The notes below the pieces were generated by a model. The model searched no databases, was not told where the DNA came from, and worked only from the letters and a program-made list of their open reading frames with translations. A program made the position numbers and the translations under genes. Positions 18,806 to 30,307 of a stretch of DNA of 64,000 nt are shown here, piece after piece (the first letter of the stretch is position 1; each line of letters begins with the position of its first letter). Location: assembly GCA_016874175.1 (NCBI GenBank), contig VGUP01000002.1, positions 3,983 through 67,982 on the forward strand, given 5' to 3'. This stretch comes from Gammaproteobacteria bacterium (GTDB lineage: Bacteria > Pseudomonadota > Gammaproteobacteria > Steroidobacterales > Steroidobacteraceae).

Positions 18806-19890
18806 TGCTGCTGTGGCTGTCGCAACGCCTGGCTGAAACGGCTTCGCTATTCAACGTTTTTTCCTACCTGACTTTTCGCGCCATCCTCGCCGCGGTGACC
18901 GCGCTCGCTATTTCTTTGGCGATCGGGCCGTGGATGATCGCCAAGCTCACGCGCGATCAAATCGGTCAGGTGGTTCGTGACTACATCCCCGCCGCGCACC
19001 AGAAGAAAGTCGGCACGCCCACCATGGGTGGTCTGCTGATCATCGTTGCCATCACCGTGTCGACGCTGCTCTGGGCGGATCTCGGCAATCGTTTCGTGTG
19101 GATCGTGCTCGGCGTGACTGTGCTGTTCGGCATGGTCGGCTTCTGGGACGACTATCTGAAGCTCATCAAGAAAAACCCCAAGGGTCTGATTACCCGTTAC
19201 AAATATTTTTGGCAGTCGATCGGCGGCCTCGCCGCGGCACTGGCGCTTTGGTACACCGCGAGGACGCCGGTGGATACCACGCTCTTTCTGCCCTTCGTCA
19301 AAAATTTCGCTTTGCCGCTCGGCCTCTTCAGTTTCGTCCTTCTGACCTACTTGATGATCGTCGGCATGAGCAACGCCGTGAATCTCACCGACGGCCTCGA
19401 TGGCCTCGCGATCATGCCGGCGGTCATGGTGGCTGCGGCGCTTGGTGTGTTCGCCTACGCGGCGGGTAATGCCGTGTTTGCCGGCTATCTCGGCATTCCT
19501 GCGGTGTCGCATGCGGGTGAGCTGCTTATTTTCTGTGCGGCGCTGGTCGGTGCCGGTCTTGGATTTCTTTGGTTCAATACTTATCCCGCGCAAGTCTTCA
19601 TGGGCGATATCGGCGCGTTGTCGATCGGTGCCGCGCTCGGCACGATCGCGGTGATCGTGCGTCAGGAGCCCGTGGTGCTGGTGATGGGCGGCATCTTCGT
19701 GCTCGAGACGGCCTCGGTGATTTTGCAAGTGGCCTCTTTCAAGCTGACTGGCAAGCGCATCTTCCGCATGGCGCCCATCCACCATCACTTCGAGTTGAAA
19801 GGTTGGGCTGAGCCCAAAGTGATCGTACGGTTCTGGATCATCACGTTCTTTCTCGTGCTCGCGGGTCTTGCGACCCTCAAACTGCGATGA
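18805..19890 (+). CDS. mraY: Phospho-N-acetylmuramoyl-pentapeptide transferase MraY
   Basis: [29 protein letters not shown]...GTPTMGG...[13 protein letters not shown]...MAPIHHHFE. The ORF-track start at 18085 is a read-through of the murF region in another frame. Confidence 0.96.
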   Translation: MLLWLSQRLAETASLFNVFSYLTFRAILAAVTALAISLAIGPWMIAKLTRDQIGQVVRDYIPAAHQKKVGTPTMGGLLIIVAITVSTLLWADLGNRFVWIVLGVTVLFGMVGFWDDYLKLIKKNPKGLITRYKYFWQSIGGLAAALALWYTARTPVDTTLFLPFVKNFALPLGLFSFVLLTYLMIVGMSNAVNLTDGLDGLAIMPAVMVAAALGVFAYAAGNAVFAGYLGIPAVSHAGELLIFCAALVGAGLGFLWFNTYPAQVFMGDIGALSIGAALGTIAVIVRQEPVVLVMGGIFVLETASVILQVASFKLTGKRIFRMAPIHHHFELKGWAEPKVIVRFWIITFFLVLAGLATLKLR

Positions 19891-21257
19891 CGATCACGGC
19901 ATCCGCACCGCGCGCACTCATCGTCGGGCTCGGCAAATCCGGTTTGTCGGCGGCGCGTCACCTGTCAGCGCGGGGTTGGGATCTGGCGGTTACCGACAGT
20001 CGCGAGTCACCATCCGGGCAGTCGGCAGTGAGTGCCCTGCAGCCCGGAGCCCGCGCCGCCTACGGTCGTTTCGATGTGAGTTTGCTCGAAGGCGTTTCTC
20101 TCGTGGTGGCCTCGCCCGGCGTCGCGCTCGATGAACCGCTAATGTGCGTGGCACGGGAGCGCGGTATCGAAGTCGTCGGCGACGTCGAGCTCTTCGCTCG
20201 CGAAGCCGCGGCGCCGGTGGTCGGCATCACCGGGACCAACGGCAAGAGCACGGTGACGACGCTGGTGGGTCGCATGGCGGCCCGCTCTGGTCGTCGGGTC
20301 GCTGTCGGCGGCAATCTCGGTACGCCGGTGCTCGAGTTGCTCGCGCAGCCGACGCCCGAACTCTACGTGATCGAACTGTCGAGCTTTCAGCTCGAGAGCA
20401 CTGCGTCGCTGCGGCTGCTGGCGGGCGCCGCACTCAATCTCACGGCCGATCATCTCGATCGGCACGGCAGCATGCAGGCCTACTGCGCCGCCAAGGCGCG
20501 TATCTTCCGTCACTGCGCAACGGCGGTCGTCAATTACGACGATTCCTGGACTCGCGCCATGCCTGAGGTGGTCGTCAGCAGCGACCTGTCGGTGCCGGGA
20601 CCGCAGCGTGTGGTCGGCTTTTCGGTCGCCGGTGCGAGCGGCGCCGCTTATTCTTTGATCGAGCATCAGGGCGAGCGCTGGCTCGCTATTCGTGGCACCC
20701 CGGTGCTCGCCGTGTCGGCGATGCGGATCGCCGGTTTGCATAACGCCGCCAATGCGCTGGCCGCCCTCGCGCTCGGCGAGGCGAGCGGCTTGCCCTTGCC
20801 GCCGATGCTCGAAGAATTACGCGAATTCACTGGGCTCGCCCATCGTTCGCAGTGGGTGGGCGAGAAGCGCGGCGTGCGCTACATCAATGATTCCAAGGGC
20901 ACCAATGTCGGTGCAACGGCGGCCGCAGTGCGCGGTCTGCCGGGAAACGTGCTGCTGATTGCGGGTGGCGATGGCAAAGGCCAGGATTTCGCGCCGCTTG
21001 CCGCGACCTTGCAGGGTCGAGTCCGACGCGCGCTGCTGATCGGTCGTGATGCGGCGCAGTTGGCAGCGGCACTCGAGGGCAGCTGCGAGTGGCAGCACTG
21101 CGAATCGCTCGAGGCAGCGGTCGAGGCGGCGGCCATGCACGCCAAGCCGGGCGAGATCGTCCTGCTGTCGCCGGCGTGCGCGAGTCTCGACATGTTTCGT
21201 GATTATGCCGAACGCGGTGAGCGCTTCGCCGCCGCCGTGGGGAGGTTGCCCGCATGA
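19887..21257 (+). CDS. murD: UDP-MurNAc-L-alanine--D-glutamate ligase MurD
   Basis: [14 protein letters not shown] Rossmann-type fold and [13 protein letters not shown]-loop. Position in the dcw cluster. Confidence 0.95.
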   Translation: MTITASAPRALIVGLGKSGLSAARHLSARGWDLAVTDSRESPSGQSAVSALQPGARAAYGRFDVSLLEGVSLVVASPGVALDEPLMCVARERGIEVVGDVELFAREAAAPVVGITGTNGKSTVTTLVGRMAARSGRRVAVGGNLGTPVLELLAQPTPELYVIELSSFQLESTASLRLLAGAALNLTADHLDRHGSMQAYCAAKARIFRHCATAVVNYDDSWTRAMPEVVVSSDLSVPGPQRVVGFSVAGASGAAYSLIEHQGERWLAIRGTPVLAVSAMRIAGLHNAANALAALALGEASGLPLPPMLEELREFTGLAHRSQWVGEKRGVRYINDSKGTNVGATAAAVRGLPGNVLLIAGGDGKGQDFAPLAATLQGRVRRALLIGRDAAQLAAALEGSCEWQHCESLEAAVEAAAMHAKPGEIVLLSPACASLDMFRDYAERGERFAAAVGRLPA

Positions 21258-22483
21258 GTTCTTTTACGCTGCCAGCGCGTGGTGGTGGCCGACCGACCAC
21301 CATCCATATCGATACCGTGATGTTGCTGTTGGTCTCGAGCATCGTGCTGCTCGGCTTGGTTGTCGTGGCCTCGGCCTCGATGTCGATCGGTACCAAAGAA
21401 TCCGGCGACCCGTTCATCTATCTAGAGCGCCAGTTCGTGCTGGTTATGGTCGGCAGCGTTGCAGCCTGCTGCGCGCTCGCGGTACGCACTGAGTGGCTGG
21501 AGCGCTTTGCACCTTTGCTGCTGGCTGGCGCGTTGCTGTTGTTGATTGCCGTGTTGATTCCCGGCGTCGGCCACGTCGTCAACGGCAGCCGGCGCTGGAT
21601 TCGTCTGGCCGGTTTCAACTTTCAGCCTTCCGAGGCCGCGCGCGTGATAGTCCTCGTGTTCATTGCCAGCTACGCCGTGCGAAGGGAGGCGGAGCTGCGC
21701 AGTTCTTTCATGGGTCTCGCCAAGCCGCTCGGTGTGGTTGGTATTTTCTTTGGTCTGCTGCTGCTGGAGCCGGACTTCGGCGCGGCGACCGTACTGGCGG
21801 CCACCGCCTTCGGCGTGCTCTTCATCGCTGGCGCGCGTTTGCGTGATGTGCTGGCGCTCGCGGTGGTGGGTGCCGGCTTGTTGGCGACGCTCGCCGTCTC
21901 ATCGCCTTATCGACTGCGTCGGCTCGCCTCGTTTCTCGACCCTTGGCAAGACCCGTTCAACAGTGGCTTTCAGCTCACGCAAAGTTTGATCGCCATCGGT
22001 CGCGGCGGTTGGACGGGAGTCGGCCTAGGGGAGAGCGTACAGAAGCTTTTTTATTTGCCGGAGGCCCATACCGATTTCCTGTTCGCGGTACTCGCCGAAG
22101 AATTGGGTCTGCTCGGCATCCTGCTCACGATCGGCCTGTTCGTGGCGCTCGGGCTGCGCGCCTTGTGGGTCGCGCGCCTCGCGAGTGAGGCGGGTCTCAA
22201 GTTTCCGGCTTATCTCGCGGCCGGCTTTGGTCTTTGGGTGGCGATGCAGGCGTTTATCAACATGGGCGTCAACATGGGCTTGCTGCCCACCAAAGGTTTG
22301 ACCTTGCCGTTCATGAGTTACGGCCGCTCGAGCATGATCGTCACGCTCGCCTGGGTCGGCATGGTGCTGCGGGTGTATCACGAGGCCGTGCAGGCCTCGC
22401 GCGGCACGGTCGCCGCGAGTTTGCGCGGCACTCATGCCGCGCGGGCCTGCGATGGCGGGACTGCGGAGGCGCTGCAAGCGTGA
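21254..22483 (+). CDS. ftsW: Peptidoglycan glycosyltransferase FtsW (SEDS family)
   Basis: Polytopic SEDS protein (RWIRLAGFNFQPSE, LPEAHTDFLFAVLAEELG, LPTKGLTLPFMSYG). Confidence 0.94.
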   Translation: MSSFTLPARGGGRPTTIHIDTVMLLLVSSIVLLGLVVVASASMSIGTKESGDPFIYLERQFVLVMVGSVAACCALAVRTEWLERFAPLLLAGALLLLIAVLIPGVGHVVNGSRRWIRLAGFNFQPSEAARVIVLVFIASYAVRREAELRSSFMGLAKPLGVVGIFFGLLLLEPDFGAATVLAATAFGVLFIAGARLRDVLALAVVGAGLLATLAVSSPYRLRRLASFLDPWQDPFNSGFQLTQSLIAIGRGGWTGVGLGESVQKLFYLPEAHTDFLFAVLAEELGLLGILLTIGLFVALGLRALWVARLASEAGLKFPAYLAAGFGLWVAMQAFINMGVNMGLLPTKGLTLPFMSYGRSSMIVTLAWVGMVLRVYHEAVQASRGTVAASLRGTHAARACDGGTAEALQA

Positions 22484-23577
22484 GCAGACCCTGCGTCATG
22501 ATCATGGCGGGCGGTACCGGTGGACATGTGTTTCCGGCGCTGTCGCTCGCGGCTTGGCTGCGGGCTAGAAACTTTGAAGTCGTTTGGCTCGGTACGCGCG
22601 CGGGTATCGAGGCGCGTCTCGTGCCTGCCGCGGGCATCGAGGTTGAATGGATCGATATCGGCGGCTTGCGCGGCAAAGGCTTGCGCACTTTGCTGAGTGC
22701 ACCGCTGCGCTTGTTGCGTGCGTTGGGGCAAGCACTGGCTGCCGTTCGCCGCCACCAGCCGCGGGTGGTGGTCGGGCTGGGTGGCTATGTCACCGGCCCA
22801 GGTGGTCTTGCGGCCCGGTTGTCGCGTCGTCCGCTCGTCATCCACGAGCAGAACGCCATCGCCGGCTTCACCAACCGCACCTTGGCAAAGATTTCTACCC
22901 GAGTGCTCGAAGCCTTCGCCGGCAGTTTCGACGCCGGTGTCAAAGCGACCGAAGTCGGTAATCCGGTACGTGCTGATTTCTTTGCACTGGCGACGCCGGC
23001 AACGCGCTACGGCGCGCGCAGTGGTCCGCTGCAGTTGCTGGTGGTGGGTGGCAGTCAGGGTGCGCAGCGTCTCAACAGCGTCGTGCCTGCAGCGCTCGCG
23101 CAGCTCGCCGCGGGCACGGTGCGCGTCCGTCACCAGACGGGTTCGCGGATGCTCGAGGTCACGCGCCAGGCTTATCAGAGTCAGGGTATCGAGGCCGAGG
23201 TCAGCGCGTTCATTGACGACATTGCTGCGGCCTACGGGGCGGCAGATTTGGTCATTTGTCGTGCAGGTGCGCTCACGGTTTCGGAAATCGCCGCCGCGGG
23301 CGTGGCCTCCATCTTGGTACCGTTTCCAGCGGCGGTCGATGACCATCAAACCCGCAACGCGCAATTTTTGGTGGCGCAGGGTGCGGCGATCCTCCTCCCC
23401 GAGCGCGAACTCAGCGCCGAAAAATTGGCGGCCGAGCTCGGGCATTTTGCTACGGATCGCAAACCATTGCTGACGATGGCCGAAGCTGCGCGACGATTGG
23501 CGCGTCCCGAAGCGACCGCCGAACTTGGTGCGGTATGTTTGGCCGCCGGCGATCTCGCGCTGGAGATCGCAGCATGA
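22480..23577 (+). CDS. murG: UDP-GlcNAc--lipid I N-acetylglucosamine transferase MurG
   Basis: [18 protein letters not shown]...VVGGSQGA...[16 protein letters not shown]...[11 protein letters not shown] 22480 overlaps the ftsW stop (GTGA). An alternative ATG is at 22498. Confidence 0.94.
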   Translation: MSRPCVMIMAGGTGGHVFPALSLAAWLRARNFEVVWLGTRAGIEARLVPAAGIEVEWIDIGGLRGKGLRTLLSAPLRLLRALGQALAAVRRHQPRVVVGLGGYVTGPGGLAARLSRRPLVIHEQNAIAGFTNRTLAKISTRVLEAFAGSFDAGVKATEVGNPVRADFFALATPATRYGARSGPLQLLVVGGSQGAQRLNSVVPAALAQLAAGTVRVRHQTGSRMLEVTRQAYQSQGIEAEVSAFIDDIAAAYGAADLVICRAGALTVSEIAAAGVASILVPFPAAVDDHQTRNAQFLVAQGAAILLPERELSAEKLAAELGHFATDRKPLLTMAEAARRLARPEATAELGAVCLAAGDLALEIAA

Positions 23578-24998
23578 GCGGTGCGACTTGCATGGAGCGC
23601 ATGCGGCGCATCAGCAGCATCCATTTTGTGGGCATCGGTGGCAGCGGCATGAGCGGGATTGCCGAGGTACTGCTCAATCTCGGCTATCGCGTGCAGGGCA
23701 GTGACCTCAAGCCGAACGCAGTCACGGCGCGGTTGGTCGAACTCGGCGCCCAGATCGCCTTCGGCCACGAGGCAAAGAATATCGTCGGTGCCGATGTCGT
23801 CGTGGTGTCGAGCGCCGTCTCGCACGAGAATCCGGAAGTGGCGCGGGCTCTCGAACAGCGGATCCCGGTGGTCCCGCGCGCCGAGATGCTCGGCGAGTTG
23901 ATGCGTTTTCGATCGGCCATTGCAGTGGCCGGTACCCACGGTAAGACCACGACCACCAGCCTGGTCGCTTCGGTGCTCGCCGAGGGCGGCGAAGATCCGA
24001 CCTTCGTGATCGGTGGTCGCTTGAAGAGTGCCGGCACGAACGCGCGGCTCGGCGCGGGTCGCTATCTGGTGGCCGAAGCCGATGAGAGCGATGCCTCGTT
24101 CTTGCATCTGCAACCGCTGATCGCCGTGGTCACCAACATCGACAATGATCATCTGGCCACCCACCACGGCGACTTCAATCGACTGCGCCAAAGTTTTGTG
24201 GATTTTTTGCACAACCTGCCGTTCTACGGGCTCGCCGTGCTGTGCGCTGACGATACCGAAGTGCGCGGCATCCTGCCGCGGGTAGGCCGGCCGATTACCA
24301 CGTACGGGATCGAGGAGGGCGCCGATGTGCGCGCGGTGAACGTGGTGCGTAACGGGCCGCTGTCCGCGTTCGACGTGCTGCGCCCGGGTCGCGCCGCGCC
24401 GCTTGCGATCAGTCTCAATCTGCCGGGTCGTCACAACGTGCAGAACGCGCTTGCCGCGATCGCGGTGGCCAGCGAGCTCGGCGTCGACGATGCCGCCATT
24501 CAGCGCGGTCTCGCCAAATTCCAAGGTGTCGATCGGCGCCTGCAATATGTGGGTCGCTTGCCTGCAGGCGGCGGCAATGCAGTGGTGATTGACGACTACG
24601 GTCATCATCCGACCGAGATCCGTGCCACCCTCGATGCCGTGCGTCAGGCCTATCCGGGTCGGCGCATCGTGCTCGCGTTCCAGCCGCATCGCTACACGCG
24701 CACTCGCGATCTGCTCGATGATTTCGCCGGCGTGTTGTCGACGGCCGATGTGTTGCTGGTCACCGAGGTCTATGCCGCGGGCGAGGCGCCGATCACCGGT
24801 GCGGACGGACGCGCCATCTGTCGCGCGGTGCGCAGTCGCGGGCATATCGAGCCCGTGTTCGTCGCACGGGTCGAGGAGCTCGCCGACAACCTGCGTGATC
24901 TGTTGCGTGCCGATGATGTCGTGCTCGCCATGGGCGCGGGTAGCATCAGCGCGGTCGCGCACGATTTGCCGCAGCGTTTGGGTGGAGAGCACGCATGA
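23574..24998 (+). CDS. murC: UDP-N-acetylmuramate--L-alanine ligase MurC
   Basis: [28 protein letters not shown] and the [14 protein letters not shown]-loop. ATGA overlap with the murG stop. Confidence 0.96.
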   Translation: MSGATCMERMRRISSIHFVGIGGSGMSGIAEVLLNLGYRVQGSDLKPNAVTARLVELGAQIAFGHEAKNIVGADVVVVSSAVSHENPEVARALEQRIPVVPRAEMLGELMRFRSAIAVAGTHGKTTTTSLVASVLAEGGEDPTFVIGGRLKSAGTNARLGAGRYLVAEADESDASFLHLQPLIAVVTNIDNDHLATHHGDFNRLRQSFVDFLHNLPFYGLAVLCADDTEVRGILPRVGRPITTYGIEEGADVRAVNVVRNGPLSAFDVLRPGRAAPLAISLNLPGRHNVQNALAAIAVASELGVDDAAIQRGLAKFQGVDRRLQYVGRLPAGGGNAVVIDDYGHHPTEIRATLDAVRQAYPGRRIVLAFQPHRYTRTRDLLDDFAGVLSTADVLLVTEVYAAGEAPITGADGRAICRAVRSRGHIEPVFVARVEELADNLRDLLRADDVVLAMGAGSISAVAHDLPQRLGGEHA

Positions 24999-25918
24999 TG
25001 CCCGCCACGCTCGACTCGACTTTGACGCGGACCTTGCAGCAGCGCTTCGCCGCGCGCGTGGCGCTCGATGAGCCCATGTTACGACATACCTCTTGGCATG
25101 TCGGCGGACCCGCCGAAGTTTTCTTTGAACCGCGCGATCGTGAAGATCTCGCCGAATTTCTCCGTATGTTACCGCTGACCACCCCCGTATCCTGGGTGGG
25201 GCTCGGCAGCAATCTTTTGGTACGCGATGGCGGTTTGCGCGGTGCAGTCATTTCGCTGCATAGCGCGCTTAGTACGCTGGAGCGTCGGGGTGAAAGCGAG
25301 GTCTGGTGCGAAGCCGGCGTACCTTGCGCGCGCATCGCGAGGCAGTGTGCCCGCTGGGGCCTAGGTCCTGCCGAATTCTTTGCCGGAATTCCAGGCACAC
25401 TCGGCGGTGCGCTCGCCATGAACGCCGGTGCTTTCGGCGGCGAGACCTGGCGGCACGTGCGCAACGTCGAGGTCATCGATCGCAGCGGCATCATCAAGTT
25501 GCGCAGCGCCGGCGAGTATCGCGTCTCGTACCGGCATGTCGAGCCACCCGTTGCCGAGGAGGCGTTTCTGGCAGCGTCCTTGCACTTCGAACAGCGCGCA
25601 GGGGCGAGCACTGACGCCATTCGCGACCTGCTCGTCGAGCGCAAGCAAAAACAGCCGATCGGCGAATGGAGTTGCGGCTCGGTGTTTACCAATCCGCCGG
25701 GCGATTACGCTGCCCGCCTCATCGAGGCGGCAGGTCTCAAGGGCCTGCGTATCGGTGGCGCGCGGGTATCACCGAAGCACGCCAACTTCATCGTCAACGA
25801 GGGCGAGGCCAGCGCAGCCGACCTCGAGCAACTGATCGCGCATGTGCGCAGAACAGTCGAGCAGCACTCGGGTGTGAAACTGCAAACCGAGGTGCGTATC
25901 GTGGGGGAGGCGGCCTGA
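24995..25918 (+). CDS. murB: UDP-N-acetylenolpyruvoylglucosamine reductase MurB
   Basis: FAD-binding PCMH fold ([31 protein letters not shown]) and a C-terminal SVFTNP...[13 protein letters not shown]. Confidence 0.94.
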   Translation: MMPATLDSTLTRTLQQRFAARVALDEPMLRHTSWHVGGPAEVFFEPRDREDLAEFLRMLPLTTPVSWVGLGSNLLVRDGGLRGAVISLHSALSTLERRGESEVWCEAGVPCARIARQCARWGLGPAEFFAGIPGTLGGALAMNAGAFGGETWRHVRNVEVIDRSGIIKLRSAGEYRVSYRHVEPPVAEEAFLAASLHFEQRAGASTDAIRDLLVERKQKQPIGEWSCGSVFTNPPGDYAARLIEAAGLKGLRIGGARVSPKHANFIVNEGEASAADLEQLIAHVRRTVEQHSGVKLQTEVRIVGEAA

Positions 25919-26919
25919 TGCGTCTCGTGCACGACCCGCGCGGCTTGCACCACATCGACGATGCCCGCGAGTTCGGCAAAGTCGCCGTGCTGTTGGGCGG
26001 CGACTCGAGCGAGCGCGAGATTTCTTTGTTGAGCGGTCATGCGGTGCTGGCGGCTTTGCAGCAGCGCGGCGTCGATGCGCAGGCCTTCGATCCTCGCGAG
26101 CAGCCGCTCGCCGAACTGCTGGGTCAAGGTTTCGCGCGGGTTTGGATCGCGCTGCATGGCCCGGGCGGTGAAGATGGTACGTTGCAGGGCGCGCTCGAGT
26201 GCCTCGGTATTCCCTACACCGGCAGCGGCGTGCTCGGCTCGGCGCTGTGCATGGACAAAGTCCGCACCAAGCGACTGGCAGCAGCGGTAGGTATCGCCAC
26301 GGCGGATTTCGTCGTGCTGCGCGGTGCCGAAGATTTCGACACTGCAGTCACGCAACTCGGTTTGCCGATGTTCGTCAAGCCGGCGACCCAGGGCTCTTCG
26401 GTCGGCATGAGTAAAGTCGAGCGCGCCGCCGACTTGCCGGCCGCCTACGCAGCGGCGGCGGCAACCGATACGGTGGTGTTGGCCGAAGCGTTCATCAGCG
26501 GGGCCGAGTACACCGTCGGCATCCTGCACGATCGCGCGCTTCCGTCCATTCGCATCGTGGCCAGCAAAAATTTCTACGATTACGAAGCCAAATATTTCCG
26601 CGACGACACGCAGTACCACTGTCCATCAGGGCTTGCGGCCGAGGCGGAGCGACACCTCGGTGCACTGGCGCTGGGCGCGTTCGCAGCGACCGGTGCCGAA
26701 GGCTGGGGTCGCGTCGATTTCATGATGGATAAAACCGCGCGACCGCTGCTGCTCGAGATCAACACGGTTCCGGGGATGACCGACCACAGCCTGGTGCCGA
26801 TGGCGTCGCGGGCGACCGGCATCGATTTTCCGACGCTGGTGTGGCGCGTGCTCGAGACGAGCTGCACGCGCCTGCCGAAAAACTCGGCGGAGGGCACAGG
26901 CCATGGCCATGTTCGGTAA
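25918..26919 (+). CDS. ddl: D-alanine--D-alanine ligase
   Basis: [20 protein letters not shown]...[14 protein letters not shown]...CMDKVRTK...[16 protein letters not shown]...[10 protein letters not shown]. The ORF-track start at 25666 is an upstream extension. Confidence 0.95.
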   Translation: MRLVHDPRGLHHIDDAREFGKVAVLLGGDSSEREISLLSGHAVLAALQQRGVDAQAFDPREQPLAELLGQGFARVWIALHGPGGEDGTLQGALECLGIPYTGSGVLGSALCMDKVRTKRLAAAVGIATADFVVLRGAEDFDTAVTQLGLPMFVKPATQGSSVGMSKVERAADLPAAYAAAAATDTVVLAEAFISGAEYTVGILHDRALPSIRIVASKNFYDYEAKYFRDDTQYHCPSGLAAEAERHLGALALGAFAATGAEGWGRVDFMMDKTARPLLLEINTVPGMTDHSLVPMASRATGIDFPTLVWRVLETSCTRLPKNSAEGTGHGHVR

Positions 26920-27706
26920 TCGCAAACCCCGCAATCGCAAACGCACCGAGGAATCGGCGTGGCAAATGCCGCAGATCGACTGGAAGCGTCTGGCTTCCGC
27001 GACCTCGGGTCTTGCCGTGGTCGGCACATTTCTTTGGCTGATCGTCACGGCGCTCGACCAGCCCATCGATCGCGTGCTGGTGCAGGGTCGCTTCCAGCGC
27101 GTCTCGCCGCTGGAAGTCGAACAGGCGGTGCGTGATCGTCTGCATGATGCTGGCCTCGTGACCGCCGATCTGGCGACGCTGCAGCGCGCCATCGAAACAC
27201 TGCCCTGGGTGGACAGCGCGAGCGTGGGCCGGGCCTGGCCGCGCGGTCTCGAAGTGCGCGTCGTCGAGCAGGTTGCCGCGGCTCGTTGGGGCGCCAACGG
27301 ACTTTTGAACGCACGCGGCGAGTTGTTCTTGTCCGAGTCGCGATTCATTCCCCCCGAGTTGCCGCGACTCTCCGGGCCCAAGGGCAGCGAAGGCACGGTG
27401 GCGCAGCGCTACCTCGCCATTCAAGGCCGGTTGATCGAGGGTGGTGTACGTATCGCCGCGTTACGGCTCGATGCGCGTGGCGCCTGGGAGATCGATCTCG
27501 ATAACGGCGTACGTATCCGACTCGGTCGTCGGCAGGTCGACGAGCGCTTCGAGCGCTTCGTGGCTGCCGCGCTGCGACTCGTGGTGCAGCGCTCGGCAGA
27601 AATCAATTACGTGGACATGCGCTACACCAACGGCTTCTCGGTCGGCTGGCGTGGTAGCACTAAGGTTGCGACAGTGGATGAGTTCGACGAGTCCACCGAA
27701 GGTTGA
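26903..27706 (+). CDS. ftsQ: Cell division protein FtsQ
   Basis: Basic N-terminus, one TM segment and POTRA-like [22 protein letters not shown]. Located between ddl and ftsA. Overlaps the ddl 3' end by 17 nt (alternative ATG at 26909). Confidence 0.9.
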   Translation: MAMFGNRKPRNRKRTEESAWQMPQIDWKRLASATSGLAVVGTFLWLIVTALDQPIDRVLVQGRFQRVSPLEVEQAVRDRLHDAGLVTADLATLQRAIETLPWVDSASVGRAWPRGLEVRVVEQVAAARWGANGLLNARGELFLSESRFIPPELPRLSGPKGSEGTVAQRYLAIQGRLIEGGVRIAALRLDARGAWEIDLDNGVRIRLGRRQVDERFERFVAAALRLVVQRSAEINYVDMRYTNGFSVGWRGSTKVATVDEFDESTEG

Positions 27707-27720
27707 CGGACGGAACAGGC

Positions 27721-28959
27721 ATGGCAAAGAAACCGGAAAGACAGCTCATCGTCGGACTCGACATCGGCACCTCCAAAGTGGTGGCGCTGGTCGGCGAGAT
27801 TGCGCCCGACAATAGTATCGAGATCATCGGCATCGGCTCGCAGTCGTCGCGCGGACTGAAGCGCGGTGTCGTCGTCAATATCGAATCGACCGTACAGTCG
27901 ATACAGCGCGCCGTCGAAGAGGCCGAGCTGATGGCCGGTTGCGAGATCCACTCGGTCTACGCCGGTATCGCCGGCAGTCATGTGCGCAGTCTGAATTCGC
28001 ACGGCGTGGTGGCGATCCGCGATAAAGAAGTGCAGCTTGTCGACGTCGAGCACGTGATCGATGCCGCCAAAGCCGTGGCGATTCCGGCCGATCAAAAAAT
28101 TCTGCATGTGCTGCCGCAGGAATTCATCATCGATGGGCAGGAGGGCATCCGCGATCCGGTCGGGATGTCCGGCGTGCGTCTCGAGGCCAAGGTGCATATC
28201 GTCACCGGCGCCGACAGCGCCGCGCAGAATATCGAAAAGTGCATCCAGCGCTGCGGTCTCGACGTCGACGACATCGTGCTCGAACAGCTGGCTTCGAGCT
28301 ATGCCGTGCTCACCGAAGACGAAAAAGATCTCGGGGTTTGCATTGTCGATATCGGCGGCGGCACTACCGACATCGCGGTGTTCGCGCATGGCGCGATCCG
28401 GCATACCGCGGTGATTCCGATTGCTGGCGATCAGGTCACCAATGATATTGCCGTGTCGATGCGTACGCCGACGCAGAACGCCGAAGAGATCAAGCTGCGT
28501 TACGCCTGCGCGCTGTCGCAACTTGCCAATCCGGACGAAACCATCGAAGTGCCGAGCGTCGGTGATCGACCGGCGCGCCGGCTTGCCCGGCAGACACTCG
28601 CCGAAATCGTCGAGCCGCGCTACGAAGAGCTCTTCAGCTTGATCCGCGAGGAACTGCGCCGCAGTGGTTTCGAAGAAACCATTGCCGCCGGCATCGTGCT
28701 GACCGGCGGTAGTTCGAAGATGGAAGGCGCCATCGAGCTTGCCGAGGAAGTCTTCCATGTACCGGTACGGCTCGGCATGCCGGTCGGCGTGCGGGGTCTC
28801 GCTGATGTCACGAGCAATGCGATCCATTCGACCGGCGTCGGTCTTTTGCTGTTCGGGCGCGATCAGCTCGCGCCGAACCGCTCGCGTACCGGGGCGATCA
28901 CCGGCAAGGCGCGCGGCATGGCCGAGCGGATGCGAGATTGGTTTCAGGGCAATTTTTGA
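27721..28959 (+). CDS. ftsA: Cell division protein FtsA
   Basis: MAKKPERQLIVGLDIGTSKVVALVGE (actin-fold phosphate-1 motif) and DIGGGTTDIAVF. The C-terminus is an amphipathic MAERMRDWFQGNF. The ORF track begins at TTG 27703. Confidence 0.95.
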   Translation: MAKKPERQLIVGLDIGTSKVVALVGEIAPDNSIEIIGIGSQSSRGLKRGVVVNIESTVQSIQRAVEEAELMAGCEIHSVYAGIAGSHVRSLNSHGVVAIRDKEVQLVDVEHVIDAAKAVAIPADQKILHVLPQEFIIDGQEGIRDPVGMSGVRLEAKVHIVTGADSAAQNIEKCIQRCGLDVDDIVLEQLASSYAVLTEDEKDLGVCIVDIGGGTTDIAVFAHGAIRHTAVIPIAGDQVTNDIAVSMRTPTQNAEEIKLRYACALSQLANPDETIEVPSVGDRPARRLARQTLAEIVEPRYEELFSLIREELRRSGFEETIAAGIVLTGGSSKMEGAIELAEEVFHVPVRLGMPVGVRGLADVTSNAIHSTGVGLLLFGRDQLAPNRSRTGAITGKARGMAERMRDWFQGNF

Positions 28960-28994
28960 AATCGTTTTTGAATTTGAAACAGGAGTGACACGTC

Positions 28995-30215
28995 ATGTTT
29001 GAACTGATGGACTCATACAGCCAGAGCGCGGTGATCAAAGTTCTTGGCGTGGGCGGCGGTGGCGGCAACGCCGTCTCGCACATGGTGCAGAGCGGCATCG
29101 AGGGCGTGGATTTCATGTGCATCAATACCGATGCGCAGGCGTTGAAGAACTCGAACGTGAAGACCGCGTTGCAGATCGGTTCCAACATCACCAAGGGTCT
29201 CGGCGCTGGCGCCAATCCCGACATCGGTCGCCAGGCGGCGATGGAAGATCGCGATCGCATCATCGAGCTGATCGAAGGCTGTGACATGTTGTTCATCACT
29301 GCCGGCATGGGCGGTGGTACGGGCACCGGCGCTGCGCCGATCGTGGCGCAAATCGCTAAGGAGCTCGGCATCCTTACCGTGGCGGTCGTCACGCGGCCGT
29401 TCAACATGGAAGGTAACAAGCGTTCGCTGGTCGCCGATCACGGCATGGAAGAGCTCGCCAAACATGTCGATTCTTTGATCACCATTCCGAACCAGAAACT
29501 GCTCACCGTGCTCGGCCCGAAGACCACGCTGCTCGATGCTTTCAAGCGCGCCAACGGCGTGCTGCAGGGGGCGGTGCAGGGCATCGCTGATCTCATCACC
29601 CGTCCGGGTCTCATTAACGTCGACTTTGCCGACGTGCGCACCGTGATGAGTGAAACCGGCATGGCGATGATGGGTACCGGATTCGCGAGCGGCGAGGATC
29701 GCGCCCGCGTCGCCGCACAGATGGCGGTGTCATCGCCGCTGCTCGAGGACGTGAATCTCAGTGGTGCCCGCGGCATCCTCGTCAACGTCACCGCTGGTCT
29801 CGATCTCGGTATCGGCGAGTTCGAAGAGGTCGGCAACATCGTCAAAGAATTCGCCTCGGAAGATGCGACGGTAGTGGTCGGCACGGTCATAGATCCGAAC
29901 CTCAGCGACGAGCTGCGCGTCACGGTGGTGGCGACTGGTCTCGGCCGCCTGCAAGCGCAGGCGGTGGCGCCGCCGGTCGCGGTCGCTCCTGCGGTGGCCG
30001 CTGCACCTGCGGCCCGCGCCAGTGCTGCACGGTCCGGTCTCGAAGGACTGCGCGCTGGACGTCGACCGGTGGTGGTACCGACCGACTACAGCAAACTCGA
30101 CGTTCCCGCCTACGAGCGCTTCAAGGCAGCAGCGGGTGATGGTCTGCGTCACGAGCCCGAAGGTGCCGAGGAGATCCTCGACATCCCGGCGTTCCTGCGT
30201 CGTCAGGCCGATTGA
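28995..30215 (+). CDS. ftsZ: Cell division GTPase FtsZ
   Basis: Tubulin signature [25 protein letters not shown] and the C-terminal peptide [16 protein letters not shown] Shine-Dalgarno sequence upstream. Confidence 0.98.
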   Translation: MFELMDSYSQSAVIKVLGVGGGGGNAVSHMVQSGIEGVDFMCINTDAQALKNSNVKTALQIGSNITKGLGAGANPDIGRQAAMEDRDRIIELIEGCDMLFITAGMGGGTGTGAAPIVAQIAKELGILTVAVVTRPFNMEGNKRSLVADHGMEELAKHVDSLITIPNQKLLTVLGPKTTLLDAFKRANGVLQGAVQGIADLITRPGLINVDFADVRTVMSETGMAMMGTGFASGEDRARVAAQMAVSSPLLEDVNLSGARGILVNVTAGLDLGIGEFEEVGNIVKEFASEDATVVVGTVIDPNLSDELRVTVVATGLGRLQAQAVAPPVAVAPAVAAAPAARASAARSGLEGLRAGRRPVVVPTDYSKLDVPAYERFKAAAGDGLRHEPEGAEEILDIPAFLRRQAD

Positions 30216-30261
30216 TCGCGAAACTTTTCGGGTAGACTCGCGCCCTTCTGTGATTCCCCCG

Positions 30262-30285
30262 GCCCGCCGCTCTTGCGCGGCGGGC
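30262..30285 (+). other. GC-rich hairpin in the ftsZ-lpxC spacer
   Basis: GCCCGCCGC-tcttgc-GCGGCGGGC, a 9-bp perfect stem with no U-tract, 23 nt upstream of the lpxC ATG. Confidence 0.35.
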
Positions 30286-30307
30286 GCGGGCGGAACCGGG
30301 GACAGCA

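Noticed and set aside
18085-19890. ORF-track 601-aa 'MraY' and similar long N-terminal extensions (7079-8143, 25666-26919, 46012-47382, 47279-48316, 51430-52626, 22234-23577, 35014-35877)
   Set aside because: The extensions are simply stop-free upstream sequence lying inside the preceding gene in another frame. The conserved N-termini and the overlapping stop/start signals place the real starts further downstream.
23346-24992. 548-aa ORF antisense to murC
   Set aside because: Shadow ORF opposite a complete MurC. The same applies to 16284-17411, 17375-18559, 27622-28827, 35728-37038, 46201-47358, 48169-49779 and 60203-61423.
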